From positions 2,816,001 through 2,880,000 of the forward strand of contig OZ242374.1 in the NCBI GenBank assembly GCA_965209055.1: a stretch of 64,000 nucleotides of DNA, written 5' to 3'. This DNA comes from Acidobacteriota bacterium (lineage in GTDB: Bacteria; Acidobacteriota; UBA6911; RPQK01; JAJDTT01). The notes beneath the pieces were generated by a model. It was given only the letters and a program-made list of their open reading frames with translations. It made no database searches and was not told the origin of the DNA. Shown piece after piece: positions 36,740 through 47,396 of the stretch (within the stretch, counting starts at the first letter, position 1; each line of letters begins with the position of its first letter). Position numbers and translations under genes: made by a program.

Positions 36740-37741
36740 ATGAGTGAGCGGGCCAGAGCACTTTACGACGGCGCCATCGTCATCGACGGTCTGAATGTGA
36801 GCAACTGGGACAGCCCGGCGGTGTATGCGAGCCTGCAACAGGGCCGCATCACCGCCATCAGCGCCACCCTGGCGACCTGGGAGGGCTTTCAGGAGACGAT
36901 GGACACCGTCGCCGGCTGGCTGCGCCGGTTTCGGGAGCGGGACGACATTGTCCAGGTCAAGAGCACGGAAGACATCCGGCAAGCCAAGCGGTCCGGCCGC
37001 ACCGGCGTCATTCTCAGCTTCCAGAATGCCTCGCCCATCGAAAACGATCTGGATCGGCTGGCGCTCTTTCACGCGTTGGGAGTGAAGGTCATTCAACTCA
37101 CGTACCACGAGCGGAATCTGCTGGGCAACGGGTGCTTCGAGCGCCGCGACGACGGCTTGAGCAATTTCGGCGTGGATGCGGTCCGGGAGATGAACCGCCT
37201 GGGGATCCTCATCGACCTCTCCCACGTGGGGGACCGGACGACGCTGGAGGCCATCGAGGTTTCTGAGAAGCCCGTGACGGTCACCCATGCCAACGCGCGC
37301 GCCTTCTACGACCATCCCCGGAACAAGCAGGACGAGGCGCTGAAGCGGTTGGCGGCCAAGGGTGGCGTCGTGGGGACGACCCCCTTCAGCCTTTTTCTGC
37401 CGAAGCGGTTCGAGTCCACCCTGGAGGACTACATCGACGCCGTCGACGACATGGTGCAGCGGGTCGGCATCGATCACGTGGCGGTGGGGACCGACAACAC
37501 CCAGGACCAGCCGCTCTCCTTCTGGCGTTACATCACCTCCCAGCAGGGGACCGGCTACCCGTCTACGTTCAGCGACACGTCCCTGGACTACCTGAACCTT
37601 CCCTTCCAGCCCAAGGACCTGGAGGGGCCGCACAAATTCCCCAATCTCGCGGATGCCCTGCTGAACCGGGGGTATTCGGACGAGGACACTCTGAAGATCC
37701 TGGGCCGGAACTGGATGCGGATCTTCGAAGAAGTGTGGTAG
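36740..37741 (+). CDS. Membrane dipeptidase (M19) family
   Basis: QLTYH, MNRLGILIDLSH, THANA, HPRNK, VGTD, ILGRNW. Confidence 0.88.
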   Translation: MSERARALYDGAIVIDGLNVSNWDSPAVYASLQQGRITAISATLATWEGFQETMDTVAGWLRRFRERDDIVQVKSTEDIRQAKRSGRTGVILSFQNASPIENDLDRLALFHALGVKVIQLTYHERNLLGNGCFERRDDGLSNFGVDAVREMNRLGILIDLSHVGDRTTLEAIEVSEKPVTVTHANARAFYDHPRNKQDEALKRLAAKGGVVGTTPFSLFLPKRFESTLEDYIDAVDDMVQRVGIDHVAVGTDNTQDQPLSFWRYITSQQGTGYPSTFSDTSLDYLNLPFQPKDLEGPHKFPNLADALLNRGYSDEDTLKILGRNWMRIFEEVW

Positions 37742-37781
37742 CCGGCCATCGAATGGGCCACCCGGCCCGGGGACTCGACCC

Positions 37782-38804
37782 ATGAATGAGAGTGGAGGCG
37801 GAGGTCTTCCGGACCCGGGAATCCTGTTCCGGGCCCGGGACAGCATCTACGCCTCCGACCTGCTGCTCGCCGCCGCCGTCCACCTGGACCTGTTCTCCCG
37901 GCTGGAGACCCGGGTCATGGACCGGCACGCGATCTGTTCCGCGCTGGGAATCCAAGACCGCCCGGCGGACGTGATGATGACGCTGTTCACCGCCATGGGC
38001 CTGGTGCGCCGCCGGGACCAAGGCTTCGTATTGACGTCGCTCTCCAGGACCTTCCTGACCCGAGGCTCCCGGCGCAGTCTGCTTCCTTACTTTGCTTCGT
38101 TGGGGACGCGGTCCGTCTGCCGGTCGATGGTGAACGTGCTCCGCACCGCCGAACCGGAGAGCTGGGCCGACGGCGGCCGGCAGGAGTGGGTGTCCGCCAT
38201 GGAAGATGCGGAATTCGCCGGCTCGTTCACGGCCGCCATGGACAGCCGGGGCGCCTACTTCGCTCCTCTCCTGGCCAGGTGCCTGAATTGCCGGGACCGG
38301 ATGCGGTTGCTGGACATCGGCGGCGGGTCGGGAATCTACGCTTGCCATCTCGTGCTGGAGCACCCGCATCTTGAGGCGTCGATTCTGGAGAAACCACCCG
38401 CAGACGCTGTCGCGGGCGGCTTCATCGAGACCATGGGCCTCTCCCATCGAATCGGGATCGTCGCTGGCGACATGTTCGACGGGATACCCTCCGGATACGA
38501 CGCTCACCTTTTCTCCAACGTGCTGCACGACTGGGACCGGGGCAATGTCGAGCGTGTCCTCGCCCGCTCCTTCGAATCGCTCATGCCCGGAGGACTGATC
38601 GCTATTCACGATACGCACATCAACGCCGGCAAGACCGGACCCCTGGAGGTCGCCGAATACTCGGTGCTGCTGATGTATTCGACGGAGGGGAAATGCTATT
38701 CGGTATCGGAGATGAACGGCCTGCTTGAAGCCACCGGCTTCGTTGACTTCCAATTCGTCCCGATGAAGTGTCATCGGAGCCTGATCACGGCGAGAAAACC
38801 TTGA
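37782..38804 (+). CDS. SAM-dependent O-methyltransferase with dimerisation domain
   Basis: LLDIGGGSG, GDMF, NVLHDW, LMPGG. Confidence 0.88.
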   Translation: MNESGGGGLPDPGILFRARDSIYASDLLLAAAVHLDLFSRLETRVMDRHAICSALGIQDRPADVMMTLFTAMGLVRRRDQGFVLTSLSRTFLTRGSRRSLLPYFASLGTRSVCRSMVNVLRTAEPESWADGGRQEWVSAMEDAEFAGSFTAAMDSRGAYFAPLLARCLNCRDRMRLLDIGGGSGIYACHLVLEHPHLEASILEKPPADAVAGGFIETMGLSHRIGIVAGDMFDGIPSGYDAHLFSNVLHDWDRGNVERVLARSFESLMPGGLIAIHDTHINAGKTGPLEVAEYSVLLMYSTEGKCYSVSEMNGLLEATGFVDFQFVPMKCHRSLITARKP

Positions 38805-38833
38805 GCCGGGTGTCGTCTTGTTACTGCCGGAAG

Positions 38834-38890
38834 TCGGCGATTTGGAATCCGCCGCTCCAGGGCAATCGGCGGTTGGAAACCGCCGCTCCC
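38834..38890. repeat. REP doublet
   Basis: CGGCGATTTGGAATCCGCCG and CGGCGGTTGGAAACCGCCG, each followed by CTCC. Confidence 0.75.
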
Positions 38891-38895
38891 GCGCC

Positions 38896-41800
38896 TCAGA
38901 AGTTGAGCCGGAGAGACACCTGAAACTGCCTCCCCAGGAATCTCGAGGTGAACGAGAACGGCTCCGTCACCGCTCCCCGGCGTCCCTCGTAGGAGGACGG
39001 GAGTTCCTCCAGGGTCAGTCTTCCCACGGTCCCGTTGACCTTCCTCAGATTGGTGCGGTGGAACATGTTGAAGCCGTCGATGACGACGTCCAGGCTCTTG
39101 CCCTCGAACAGGGAGAACCGGCGCTTCACGCGCATGTCCACGGTGAAGTAGTCGGGCCCGATGCCGACGTTCCGGCCCACTCCCCAGGGCCGGTGGGTGC
39201 TGGTGTGGCGGTCGCCCACGTTGTCGTATCCGGCGAGGAGATTGAAGGGGGCGAAGGAGCGTTTGGTGACGATCCCGGAAAGGGTCAGGTCGCCGAACAG
39301 GTTGTTTCGCAATCCTCGACCCCGGCCCGCCTTCCAGGGGAGATTCCCGATGGTCCTCAGGACGAAGCGGTGACCGCGGTGGAAGGAGGACAGGGCCCGT
39401 TCCGCCTTTGCGTCCCACTGCAGATGAGGCTGGAACGCCGAGTTGAAGTCGGTGTTCTCGTCGATGGCCTTGCTCCAGGTGTGATGCGCCGAGATGGTGA
39501 GAATCTTCGAAAAACGCTTTTCCAGTTGCAGGAGAAGGGCGTGATAGAAGGAATTGGCCCAACTGCCGTACCTGTTGTCCTGCAGCAGGTCCGGGCGGTG
39601 GAACCCGACAATGGGCCGTCCCCGGGCGTCGGTCCCGGCGCGATAGACGTTGACGTCGAGAGAGCGGACCACGTGGACGCCGCGGTTGAAGTTGTATCCG
39701 GCCGACAGGGCGAAGCCTCCCAACTCCCTCTGAACCTCCAGGCTGGCCTGCTGGGCGTAGGGGTTCACGATGTCGTCGGCCACATCGAACCCGACGCGGA
39801 AGGGCAGGTCGCGGGCCGGAACCAGACCGTGCAACGCCAGATCCTCGGCTGAGATCCGCCGCCGGCCCAGGACGCCCAGGTCAAGGAGCGACCGGTAGAT
39901 TTGCGACGACGTGAGGGGTTGTCCCGTCAGTGAACTTTCGATTCCCGGGATGCCGGTTCGCGGGACGTAGACTTGGAGGATCTGCTGGGCTTCCTCTCCG
40001 AACAGGTCTTTGATGTGCGTGATCTGGCGGTTGATCCGCGCGAAAAAGATTCCGTAGCCGCCGCGCACGACGGTCTTGGGATTGGGGCTCCAGGCGAAGC
40101 CGGCCCGCGGCCCGAAGTTGTTGTTGTCCTGGGGAAACCCCGCCTTTCGGAAGAGGTCGTAACGCACTCCCAGGGTCAACAGGAAGCTCTGATGGACCCG
40201 CCACGAGTCCTCCACGAAGAACCCGAAGGAATTCGCCCATCGGGTCCAGTGAGGATCGCCGAAACCCTGCTGGTAGGCGAGGGGCAGGCCCAGCGCGTAG
40301 GCCTGAAGCGAGGTCATGGGCTCGTCGACCGCCGCCGCCAACTGGGGAGAATCGGAACGCAGCAACGACTCCCTGATCGATCGGGAAGCGCCGCTGCCGA
40401 CCTGGTCGTCGATCGCAGCCGAAAGGGGCACGCCCTCCCCGAAGACGAATCGCCCGCTGAAAAAGGTCTCGGAACGGCCGCTGTCGTAGAAGGTGTAGAT
40501 GTCCGCGCCGAACTTGACCGTATGTTTGCCGGAGACGTAGGTGAAGTTCTGCCGCGCTTGCCCCATGCGCTCGATGTTCCGGATCGGCAGGATCAGATCT
40601 CTTCCGAATTGGCCGAATCCGTTGATGTCGATGGCAGGGCCGTAGGGGTCGGTGGGTTCAATGCCGAAGTCGTGGTACGCAAATCCCAGCCAGGTCTCGC
40701 CGATCCACTTGGCGCCCATCACGAGGCTGTTGCCGAGTGCCAGGGAGAAATCGTTCAGGTGCTTGTCGCGTCCGCGGTTGCGGGCCACCAGTGCTCCGAA
40801 GTCGGTGTTCTCGCTGTCCTGTCCTGTCCAGTTCCCGCGCAGGAAGAGATTGTGTCCGGGCCCGAACGCGTGGTCGAAACGGCTCATGAACTGCTGGCGC
40901 TCCTCCGCGAAGGGGAAGAGCCCGCTGTTTTCCTCGAACAGGGACACCACGTGGGAGTCGTTTCCCGGAATCAATGACGTCGAGAGCAGTCGTGCCAGCG
41001 ACTTGGCGTGGGGTGGGGACGCGCCGTTGGCGAGGGCTTCGGCCAGGGCCTGCTGCGACGGTGTCAGTTCGTAGAGAAACGCCTCGCTCCTGAGCAGGGG
41101 AACGTATCCCATCTGGTGGCGGTCGAGACGCTCGTACGCGCTGAAGAAAAACGTCTTTCCGGGCACGATGGGACCGCCGAAGGACGCCCCGCTCTGAGCC
41201 CGGGTGTATTCCCAGCCATCCGGAATGCTGGGAATGTAGGCTTGAAAGCGGCGGTTTCGCAGAACTCCGAAAATGGATCCGCGGAAATCGTTGCTTCCTC
41301 CTTTGGTAACGATGTTGATGGCTCCCCCGGGCGCCCCGCCCAGTTCGGCGGAGAACGAGTTCCGGTTGACCTGGAACTCCCGCACCGCGTCCTGGCTGAT
41401 GGAGGACCGGACGCCGCCGGTGGCGTAGTTGTTGTTCAGGCCGTCGATGGTGAAGGCGTTGCCGCGGCCGCCGCCGCCGCCGATGCCGAGGCCGGACGCG
41501 GGGGCCGGGGCGAGCCGATGGTCTTTGTCATCCGCCACGTAGCTCGAGTCGACGACACCCGGGATCAGGAGGGCCAGGGCCAGATAGTCGCGGCGGTTGA
41601 TGGGGAGGTCCTCGATGCTGACGGAGTCGATGTGGTTGGACTGCTGGGTCTTGTCATGGGAGACGATGGTTCGCGTTGCCTCGGCCGTGATTTCGATTGC
41701 CGCGGCGGCCGCCGCCAGCTCCGCGGAGAAGGTCCGGGTCTCTCCCACCCGCACCTCCAGATCCTCGACCACGTAGGGTGCGAAACCTGGAAAATCAAAG

Positions 41801-42096
41801 CTCAGCGTGTAGAGGCCGGGATCGATCCGGCTCAGGACGTATTCGCCGAGATCCGAAGTGAAGACTTCCCGAATGACGCCGCGGCCCTGGTAGGTCGCAA
41901 TGACGGTCACCCCCGGGAGGACGGCCTGGGTCTGGTCGTAGACGTAGCCGCGGATGGTGCCGGTGTCGGTCTGGGCGCTCAGCAGGACGGCGCTGGCGAG
42001 GAGCGCGGCCACGGTTCCCGCTCGACGCAAGAAACCCGTTGAGCCCAGTCTCGGCCGCTTATGACTTTGGGCTTGGTCCTGACGTGAGATTCCCAA
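38896..42096 (-). CDS. Oar-like TonB-dependent receptor, copy 1 (start uncertain)
   Basis: GTIRGYVYD..LPGV, LPINRRDY, AVREFQV..SAELG, NNFGPRAGFAW, terminal LNF. Confidence 0.88.
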   Translation of the reverse strand: MGISRQDQAQSHKRPRLGSTGFLRRAGTVAALLASAVLLSAQTDTGTIRGYVYDQTQAVLPGVTVIATYQGRGVIREVFTSDLGEYVLSRIDPGLYTLSFDFPGFAPYVVEDLEVRVGETRTFSAELAAAAAAIEITAEATRTIVSHDKTQQSNHIDSVSIEDLPINRRDYLALALLIPGVVDSSYVADDKDHRLAPAPASGLGIGGGGGRGNAFTIDGLNNNYATGGVRSSISQDAVREFQVNRNSFSAELGGAPGGAINIVTKGGSNDFRGSIFGVLRNRRFQAYIPSIPDGWEYTRAQSGASFGGPIVPGKTFFFSAYERLDRHQMGYVPLLRSEAFLYELTPSQQALAEALANGASPPHAKSLARLLSTSLIPGNDSHVVSLFEENSGLFPFAEERQQFMSRFDHAFGPGHNLFLRGNWTGQDSENTDFGALVARNRGRDKHLNDFSLALGNSLVMGAKWIGETWLGFAYHDFGIEPTDPYGPAIDINGFGQFGRDLILPIRNIERMGQARQNFTYVSGKHTVKFGADIYTFYDSGRSETFFSGRFVFGEGVPLSAAIDDQVGSGASRSIRESLLRSDSPQLAAAVDEPMTSLQAYALGLPLAYQQGFGDPHWTRWANSFGFFVEDSWRVHQSFLLTLGVRYDLFRKAGFPQDNNNFGPRAGFAWSPNPKTVVRGGYGIFFARINRQITHIKDLFGEEAQQILQVYVPRTGIPGIESSLTGQPLTSSQIYRSLLDLGVLGRRRISAEDLALHGLVPARDLPFRVGFDVADDIVNPYAQQASLEVQRELGGFALSAGYNFNRGVHVVRSLDVNVYRAGTDARGRPIVGFHRPDLLQDNRYGSWANSFYHALLLQLEKRFSKILTISAHHTWSKAIDENTDFNSAFQPHLQWDAKAERALSSFHRGHRFVLRTIGNLPWKAGRGRGLRNNLFGDLTLSGIVTKRSFAPFNLLAGYDNVGDRHTSTHRPWGVGRNVGIGPDYFTVDMRVKRRFSLFEGKSLDVVIDGFNMFHRTNLRKVNGTVGRLTLEELPSSYEGRRGAVTEPFSFTSRFLGRQFQVSLRLNF

Positions 42097-42110
42097 CGGA
42101 GCTGAAGATC

Positions 42111-43010
42111 TTATCCCATGCCCGCCAGGAGCGAGTTTTGGGCCGAATCGACCCGGACCTTGGAGTAGTGGAGGATTCGGCAGAGTTCCTTGCCCTCTTC
42201 GTCCGTCACCGGCGTGGGCTGCCGGAGGATGAACTCCGCCAGCTCCGGGTGCTTGTGATTGAACGCGACGTGGGCCATCTCCAGGCGATCGATGACCGGC
42301 TCCGCTTCCAGGTCGAAATCGGGAACCAGGAGCGGACCCGTGTCGATCTGGTAGGAGTTGTCCGTGGGCATGACGTTCATGGTCTTGATGGGGTACTCGA
42401 TGACGTAACGCAACGGCAGCTCAGGATCCTTGATCTCGGTGCGGCCCACGATGGGGTGGTTGGCTCCGGTTGCTTCGTTGACTTCCGCGGGAGTTTGAAG
42501 CACCCGTGTGTCGGGGAAGGTGACCACGTCGATGGCCAATGACCGGAACTTGTCCTTCACCGGCGCCCCCGTCGAGCGTCCTCCCTGGTAGGTCATCCGC
42601 GTGCCGACGCTCCGAAACTGGTCCAGCGAGTAGATCACCCGATATTCGCCGCTGGGAATCTGGAAGAGGCGGTCTTCCTTGTAGACCCGCTCGGTCCGGC
42701 AGGGCTGGATCAGGATGAACCGTTCGCTCTCGCCGCTGGAGTCGTCGATGACGTCGGTGATGGCCTCCAATTGGATCCGGGCCATGTTGCCGAAGGGGAG
42801 TTCGTGCTTCTCGTTGGTCGGCGGGGGCGGAAAGTCCCAGGTCATGAAAGAGGCCTGAAAGTCGCAGGCCGGCCGCGTGGCGGTATTGCCGTCCCCGGAC
42901 GAAGACTCTTCCGCGGGCGCCTGGCAGCCCGCGGAAAGAATCCAACTGCCTCCGGCCAGCGCCACTCCCAACTGGCCCTGAAAGTGGCGGCGCGTCGATC
43001 GATTCAACAT
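42111..43010 (-). CDS. Tat-type exported hypothetical lipoprotein, copy 1
   Basis: TRRHF plus LSAGC; paralogue of 46259-47161. Confidence 0.75.
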   Translation of the reverse strand: MLNRSTRRHFQGQLGVALAGGSWILSAGCQAPAEESSSGDGNTATRPACDFQASFMTWDFPPPPTNEKHELPFGNMARIQLEAITDVIDDSSGESERFILIQPCRTERVYKEDRLFQIPSGEYRVIYSLDQFRSVGTRMTYQGGRSTGAPVKDKFRSLAIDVVTFPDTRVLQTPAEVNEATGANHPIVGRTEIKDPELPLRYVIEYPIKTMNVMPTDNSYQIDTGPLLVPDFDLEAEPVIDRLEMAHVAFNHKHPELAEFILRQPTPVTDEEGKELCRILHYSKVRVDSAQNSLLAGMG

Positions 43011-43044
43011 GGCGGTGTCCCCGGTAGTGACCCTTTTCCTGAAA

Positions 43045-46000
43045 TCAGAAGTTGATCCGGAGCGAGAGCTGGATTTGCCGGGGCGGGAATGCCGCAGTGT
43101 ACGAGAACGGCTGCGTTACGGGGCCGATGCGACCCTTGTAGGAAGAGGGAAGCTCTTCCAACGTGAGCGTTCCCACCTCGCCGTTGACGTGCTTGAAGTT
43201 GGTGCGGTTGAGCAGGTTGAACGCCTCCACGGCAATGTCCACGCTCTTTTCCTCTGCGAAGGTGACCCGGCGCTTCACGCGCATGTCGATGCTGAAAAAG
43301 TCGGGTCCGATCCCGACGTTGCGTCCCAGGCCCCAGGGCCGGTGGGTGTCGGTGTGGCGGTCGCCCACGTTGTCGTAGCCCGCGTTGAGGTTGAAGGGGG
43401 CGAACGAGCGCGCCGTGAGTATGCCGGAAAGAGTCAGGTCGCCGAACACGTTGTGTGCGAATCCCTTGCCCCGGCCCGCTTTCCAGGGGAGTTTCCCCAG
43501 GGTGCGGATGACGAACCGGTGTCCCCGGTGGTAGGAGGAGAGGGCCATCTCCGCCCGGGCGTCCCATTGCAGATGCGGTTGGAACGAGGAGTTGTAGTCG
43601 GTCATCTCGTCCATCGCCTTGCTCCAGGTGTGGTGGGCCGAGATCATGAAGCTGTTGGAGATGCGCTTTTCAAGCTGCAGGACCAGGGCGTGATAAAAGG
43701 AATTGGCCCAGCTCCCGTAGTAGTTGTTCTGCAGGATCTCCGGCCGGTGGAACCCGACGATGGGCCTTCCGTCGGCATTGGTCCCGGCCTGGTAGATGTT
43801 GATGTCCAGAGGCCGGACGATGTGGACGCCGCGGTTGAAGTTGTAGCCGGCCGACAGGGAGAATCCGCCCGCTTCTCTCTGAATCTCGAGGCTGGCCTGT
43901 TGGGAGTAGGGGTTCACGATATCGTCGGCCACCGAGAACGCGACGCGCAAAGGGAGGTCACGCATGGGAGTGAGTCCGTGGATGGCCAGATCCTCCGCCA
44001 CCATCTGCCGCCTGCCCAGGATGCCCCGAGACAAGGCCGTTTGATAAATCTCCGCCGAGCTGAGGGGCGCTCCGGTCAACGCACTGATGAAGCCGATGCC
44101 GGTCAGGGGGACGAAGGCCTGAAAGATCTGCTGCGATTCGTCTGAGAGCAGATCGTGGATGTAGACGATCTGGCTGTCGATCCGGCCGTGGAAGATCCCG
44201 TAGCCGCCGCGCACCACGGTCTTGGCGTCGGGGCTAAAGGCGAATCCCACCCGCGGTCCGAAATTGTTGTTGTCCCGGGGGAAATCGGATGCACGAAAGA
44301 GTTCGTAGCGCAACCCCAGAGTCAGCAGGAACTTGGGGTGGATGCGCCACGAGTCCTCCAGAAAGAACCCGTAGTTGTGCCCCCAGCCGCGCCAGTAGGG
44401 ATTCCCGAACCCCTGCTGGTAGACGATGGGGAGGCCCAGTGCGTAGGCCTGGAGTGAGGTGATGGGCTCGTCGACAGCCTCCGCCAACTGATTCCTGCCG
44501 GCGCTAATCAGCAATCCCTTGATCAGCGGGGAAATGGGAGACCCAAAGGCGCTGTCGATCAGCAGCGAAAGGGGAACCGCCTCTCCGAAGATGAACCGTC
44601 CGCTGAAGAAGGTCTCGGACCGGACGCTGTCGTAGAACGGATGGAGGTCCGCACCGACCTTCACCGTGTGGTTGCCATGGACGTAGGTGAAGTTCTGCCG
44701 GGCCTGGTACATGCGTTCGACGTTCCGGGTCGGCAGGATGAAGTCCCGTCCGAAATTTCCGTACCCGCTGATATCGATGGAGGGACCGTGCGGATCGGTG
44801 GGGTAGGTGCCGGAGTCATGGTACCCGACGGCCAACCAGGTTTCGCTGATCCATTCCGGATTGATCACCCAGTTGTTGCCCAATCCGATGGTGAAATCGT
44901 TCACGTCGTTGTTGCGTCCCCGGCTGCGGGCCACCAGCGAACCGAAGTTGGTGTGCTGACTGTTCAGGCCCGTCCAGTTTCCCCGGAAGAAGAGATCGTG
45001 TCCGGTCCCCACCGCATGGTCGATGCGGGCGATGAACTGCTGCCGTTCTTCCGAAAAGGGGAAGACCCCGCTGTTGTTCTCGAAAAGTTGGACGACGTGG
45101 GGATGGTTTCCCGGAGTCAATGCTTGGACGAGCTCCTTTGCCGCCGGGACCAGAAACGCCGGAACGGCGGGACTGGTGAGCAAATCGGCCAGGGCCTGCT
45201 GCGTGGGCTTCAATTCGTAGAGAAACGACCTGTCCTGGAGCAGGGGAACAAACGCAGACTCGTGACGGTCGAGGCGTTCGTAGGCGGCGAAGAAGAACGT
45301 CCTGTCGCGCAGGATGGGACCTCCGAAGGAACCCCCGCTCTGGGCGCGGGTGTAGGCCGACTCGGACGGATCGAAGTAATTGCGGGCCTGGAAATGGCGG
45401 TTGCGGAGCACGCCGAAGACGGACCCGCGAAATTCGTTGGTCCCCCCCTTGGTGACGATGTTGATGGCGCCGCCGGGCGCACCGCCCAGTTCCGCCGAGA
45501 ACGAGTTGCGGTTGATCTGAAATTCCTGCACCGCTTCCTGAGTGACGGAGGACCGGACGGCGCCGCTGCCGTAGTTGTTGTTCAGGCCGTCGATGGTGAA
45601 GGTGTTGCCGCGGCCGCCTCCGCCGCCGATCCCCAGTCCCGACGCCGGGGTCGGGGCGATGCGGAAATCCTTGTCATCCGCCACGTAGTTCGAGTCCACG
45701 ACGCCGGGAGTCAGAAGCGCCAGGTCCAGGTAGTCGCGGCGGTTGATGGGAAGGTCGTCGATGCTGGTGGAATCGATATGGTTGGATTGGTGGACCTTGT
45801 CGTGGGCGATCACTGTCCGGTTCGCTTCCGCAGTGACGACGATGGCCTCCGCGGCCACCACGATCTCCGGAGAGAAGCTCTGTGTCTCTCCCACCAGCAC
45901 CTCCAGGTCCTGCACCACATAGGGAGCGAATCCGGGCAGCTCGAAGCGGAGCGTGTAGTGGCCGGGATCGACCCGGCTCAGGACGTATTCGCCGACATCC

Positions 46001-46233
46001 GAAGTGAGGGTCTCCCGGGTCACGCCGCGGCCCTGGTAGGTGGCGGTGACGGTGACGCCGGGCAACACGGCCCGGGTCTCGTCGTAGACGTACCCGCGGA
46101 TGGTTCCGGTGTCGGTCTGGGCGGGCAGCAGCACCACGACAGACAGCAGTACCGCCGCCGCAATCCCCGGCCCGCGCAGTGAGCGGCGCAAGCGAAGAAA
46201 ATCAGAGTCAGGGAGCAGGCTTCTGAGCGACAT
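43045..46233 (-). CDS. Oar-like TonB-dependent receptor, copy 2
   Basis: Same motifs as copy 1; ARNYF; terminal INF. Confidence 0.9.
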   Translation of the reverse strand: MSLRSLLPDSDFLRLRRSLRGPGIAAAVLLSVVVLLPAQTDTGTIRGYVYDETRAVLPGVTVTATYQGRGVTRETLTSDVGEYVLSRVDPGHYTLRFELPGFAPYVVQDLEVLVGETQSFSPEIVVAAEAIVVTAEANRTVIAHDKVHQSNHIDSTSIDDLPINRRDYLDLALLTPGVVDSNYVADDKDFRIAPTPASGLGIGGGGGRGNTFTIDGLNNNYGSGAVRSSVTQEAVQEFQINRNSFSAELGGAPGGAINIVTKGGTNEFRGSVFGVLRNRHFQARNYFDPSESAYTRAQSGGSFGGPILRDRTFFFAAYERLDRHESAFVPLLQDRSFLYELKPTQQALADLLTSPAVPAFLVPAAKELVQALTPGNHPHVVQLFENNSGVFPFSEERQQFIARIDHAVGTGHDLFFRGNWTGLNSQHTNFGSLVARSRGRNNDVNDFTIGLGNNWVINPEWISETWLAVGYHDSGTYPTDPHGPSIDISGYGNFGRDFILPTRNVERMYQARQNFTYVHGNHTVKVGADLHPFYDSVRSETFFSGRFIFGEAVPLSLLIDSAFGSPISPLIKGLLISAGRNQLAEAVDEPITSLQAYALGLPIVYQQGFGNPYWRGWGHNYGFFLEDSWRIHPKFLLTLGLRYELFRASDFPRDNNNFGPRVGFAFSPDAKTVVRGGYGIFHGRIDSQIVYIHDLLSDESQQIFQAFVPLTGIGFISALTGAPLSSAEIYQTALSRGILGRRQMVAEDLAIHGLTPMRDLPLRVAFSVADDIVNPYSQQASLEIQREAGGFSLSAGYNFNRGVHIVRPLDINIYQAGTNADGRPIVGFHRPEILQNNYYGSWANSFYHALVLQLEKRISNSFMISAHHTWSKAMDEMTDYNSSFQPHLQWDARAEMALSSYHRGHRFVIRTLGKLPWKAGRGKGFAHNVFGDLTLSGILTARSFAPFNLNAGYDNVGDRHTDTHRPWGLGRNVGIGPDFFSIDMRVKRRVTFAEEKSVDIAVEAFNLLNRTNFKHVNGEVGTLTLEELPSSYKGRIGPVTQPFSYTAAFPPRQIQLSLRINF

Positions 46234-46258
46234 GATGTGAATCTCCGGAATGAATCAG

Positions 46259-47161
46259 CTAGGCAATACCGGCCAGCAGCGTATTTCGGGCCGCATGGAC
46301 TCGGACCTTGGAGTAGTGAAGAACCTGGCAGAGCTCCCGGCCGTCATCGTCCAAGACCGGTGTGGGCTGCCGCAGAATGAACTCGGCCAGGTCCGGAGCC
46401 TTGTGGTTGAACGCGACATGGGCCATTTCCAGCCGATCGATGGCCGAGTCCTGATCCAGGTCGAAATCGGGGACCAGGAGAGGACCCGTATCGATCTGGT
46501 AGGAATTGTCCTTGGGCATGAAATTCATGGTCTTGATGGGGTATTCGATGACGTACCGCAGTGGACGTTTCGGATCCTTGATCTCGGTGCGCCCCACCAG
46601 GGGATGATTGGCCCCCGTCGCCTCGTTGACCTCGACGGGAGTTCGGAGAACCCGCGTGTTCGGAAAAGTCACCACGTCGATGACCAGGGACCGGTACGTG
46701 TCTCCTACCAGTTTTCCGACCGGCCTCCGCCCCCCGTAGGTCATCCCCTTGCCGACGCTGCGGAACTGTTCCAGCGAATAGATCACGCGATACTCGGCGC
46801 TGGGGATCTGGAAGAGGCGGTCCTCCTTGTAGACGCGCTCCGTCCGGCAGGGTTGGATCAGCACGAACCGCACTCTCTCGCCGCTGGAATCGTCGATGAC
46901 GTCGGTGATGGCGTCCAACTGAATCCGGGCAATGTTCCCGTAGGGGATGTCGTGCTTCTCGGTGTAGGCCGGAGGAGGATAGTCCCAGGTCATGAAGGAG
47001 GATCGGAAGTTGCAGGCCGGCGGGACGCTCCCGCTGCCGGTCGAGGACTCTTCCGCCGGCGCGCCGTACGCCATGGGAAGAATCCAGCCGCCGCCGGCCA
47101 GAGCCATTCCCAGTTCCCGCTGAAAGCGCCGTCGCGTGGGTCGACTCGAAAGGGCGGTCAT
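46259..47161 (-). CDS. Tat-type exported hypothetical protein, copy 2
   Basis: TRRRF signal; colinear with 42111-43010. Confidence 0.75.
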   Translation of the reverse strand: MTALSSRPTRRRFQRELGMALAGGGWILPMAYGAPAEESSTGSGSVPPACNFRSSFMTWDYPPPAYTEKHDIPYGNIARIQLDAITDVIDDSSGERVRFVLIQPCRTERVYKEDRLFQIPSAEYRVIYSLEQFRSVGKGMTYGGRRPVGKLVGDTYRSLVIDVVTFPNTRVLRTPVEVNEATGANHPLVGRTEIKDPKRPLRYVIEYPIKTMNFMPKDNSYQIDTGPLLVPDFDLDQDSAIDRLEMAHVAFNHKAPDLAEFILRQPTPVLDDDGRELCQVLHYSKVRVHAARNTLLAGIA

Positions 47162-47396
47162 CTCGGTGGCAATGTGATCCTGGAACCTTCGTTACCGTAT
47201 CGCGTGGGGCTCATCGTACCACGGGTGAGCGACGCATCACACTACGGTCACGGAGTGAAACCGACCGGAAATAATAACCAGGCCAGGAGGATGCACGCAT
47301 CCGAAGCGGCCGCGGCACCCGGAACCAGGGTCATTGGATGGTCCATGGAGACTTTCGGCGTGGACTGCTATGGTGCCCGGGCAAGGAGCACCACCC

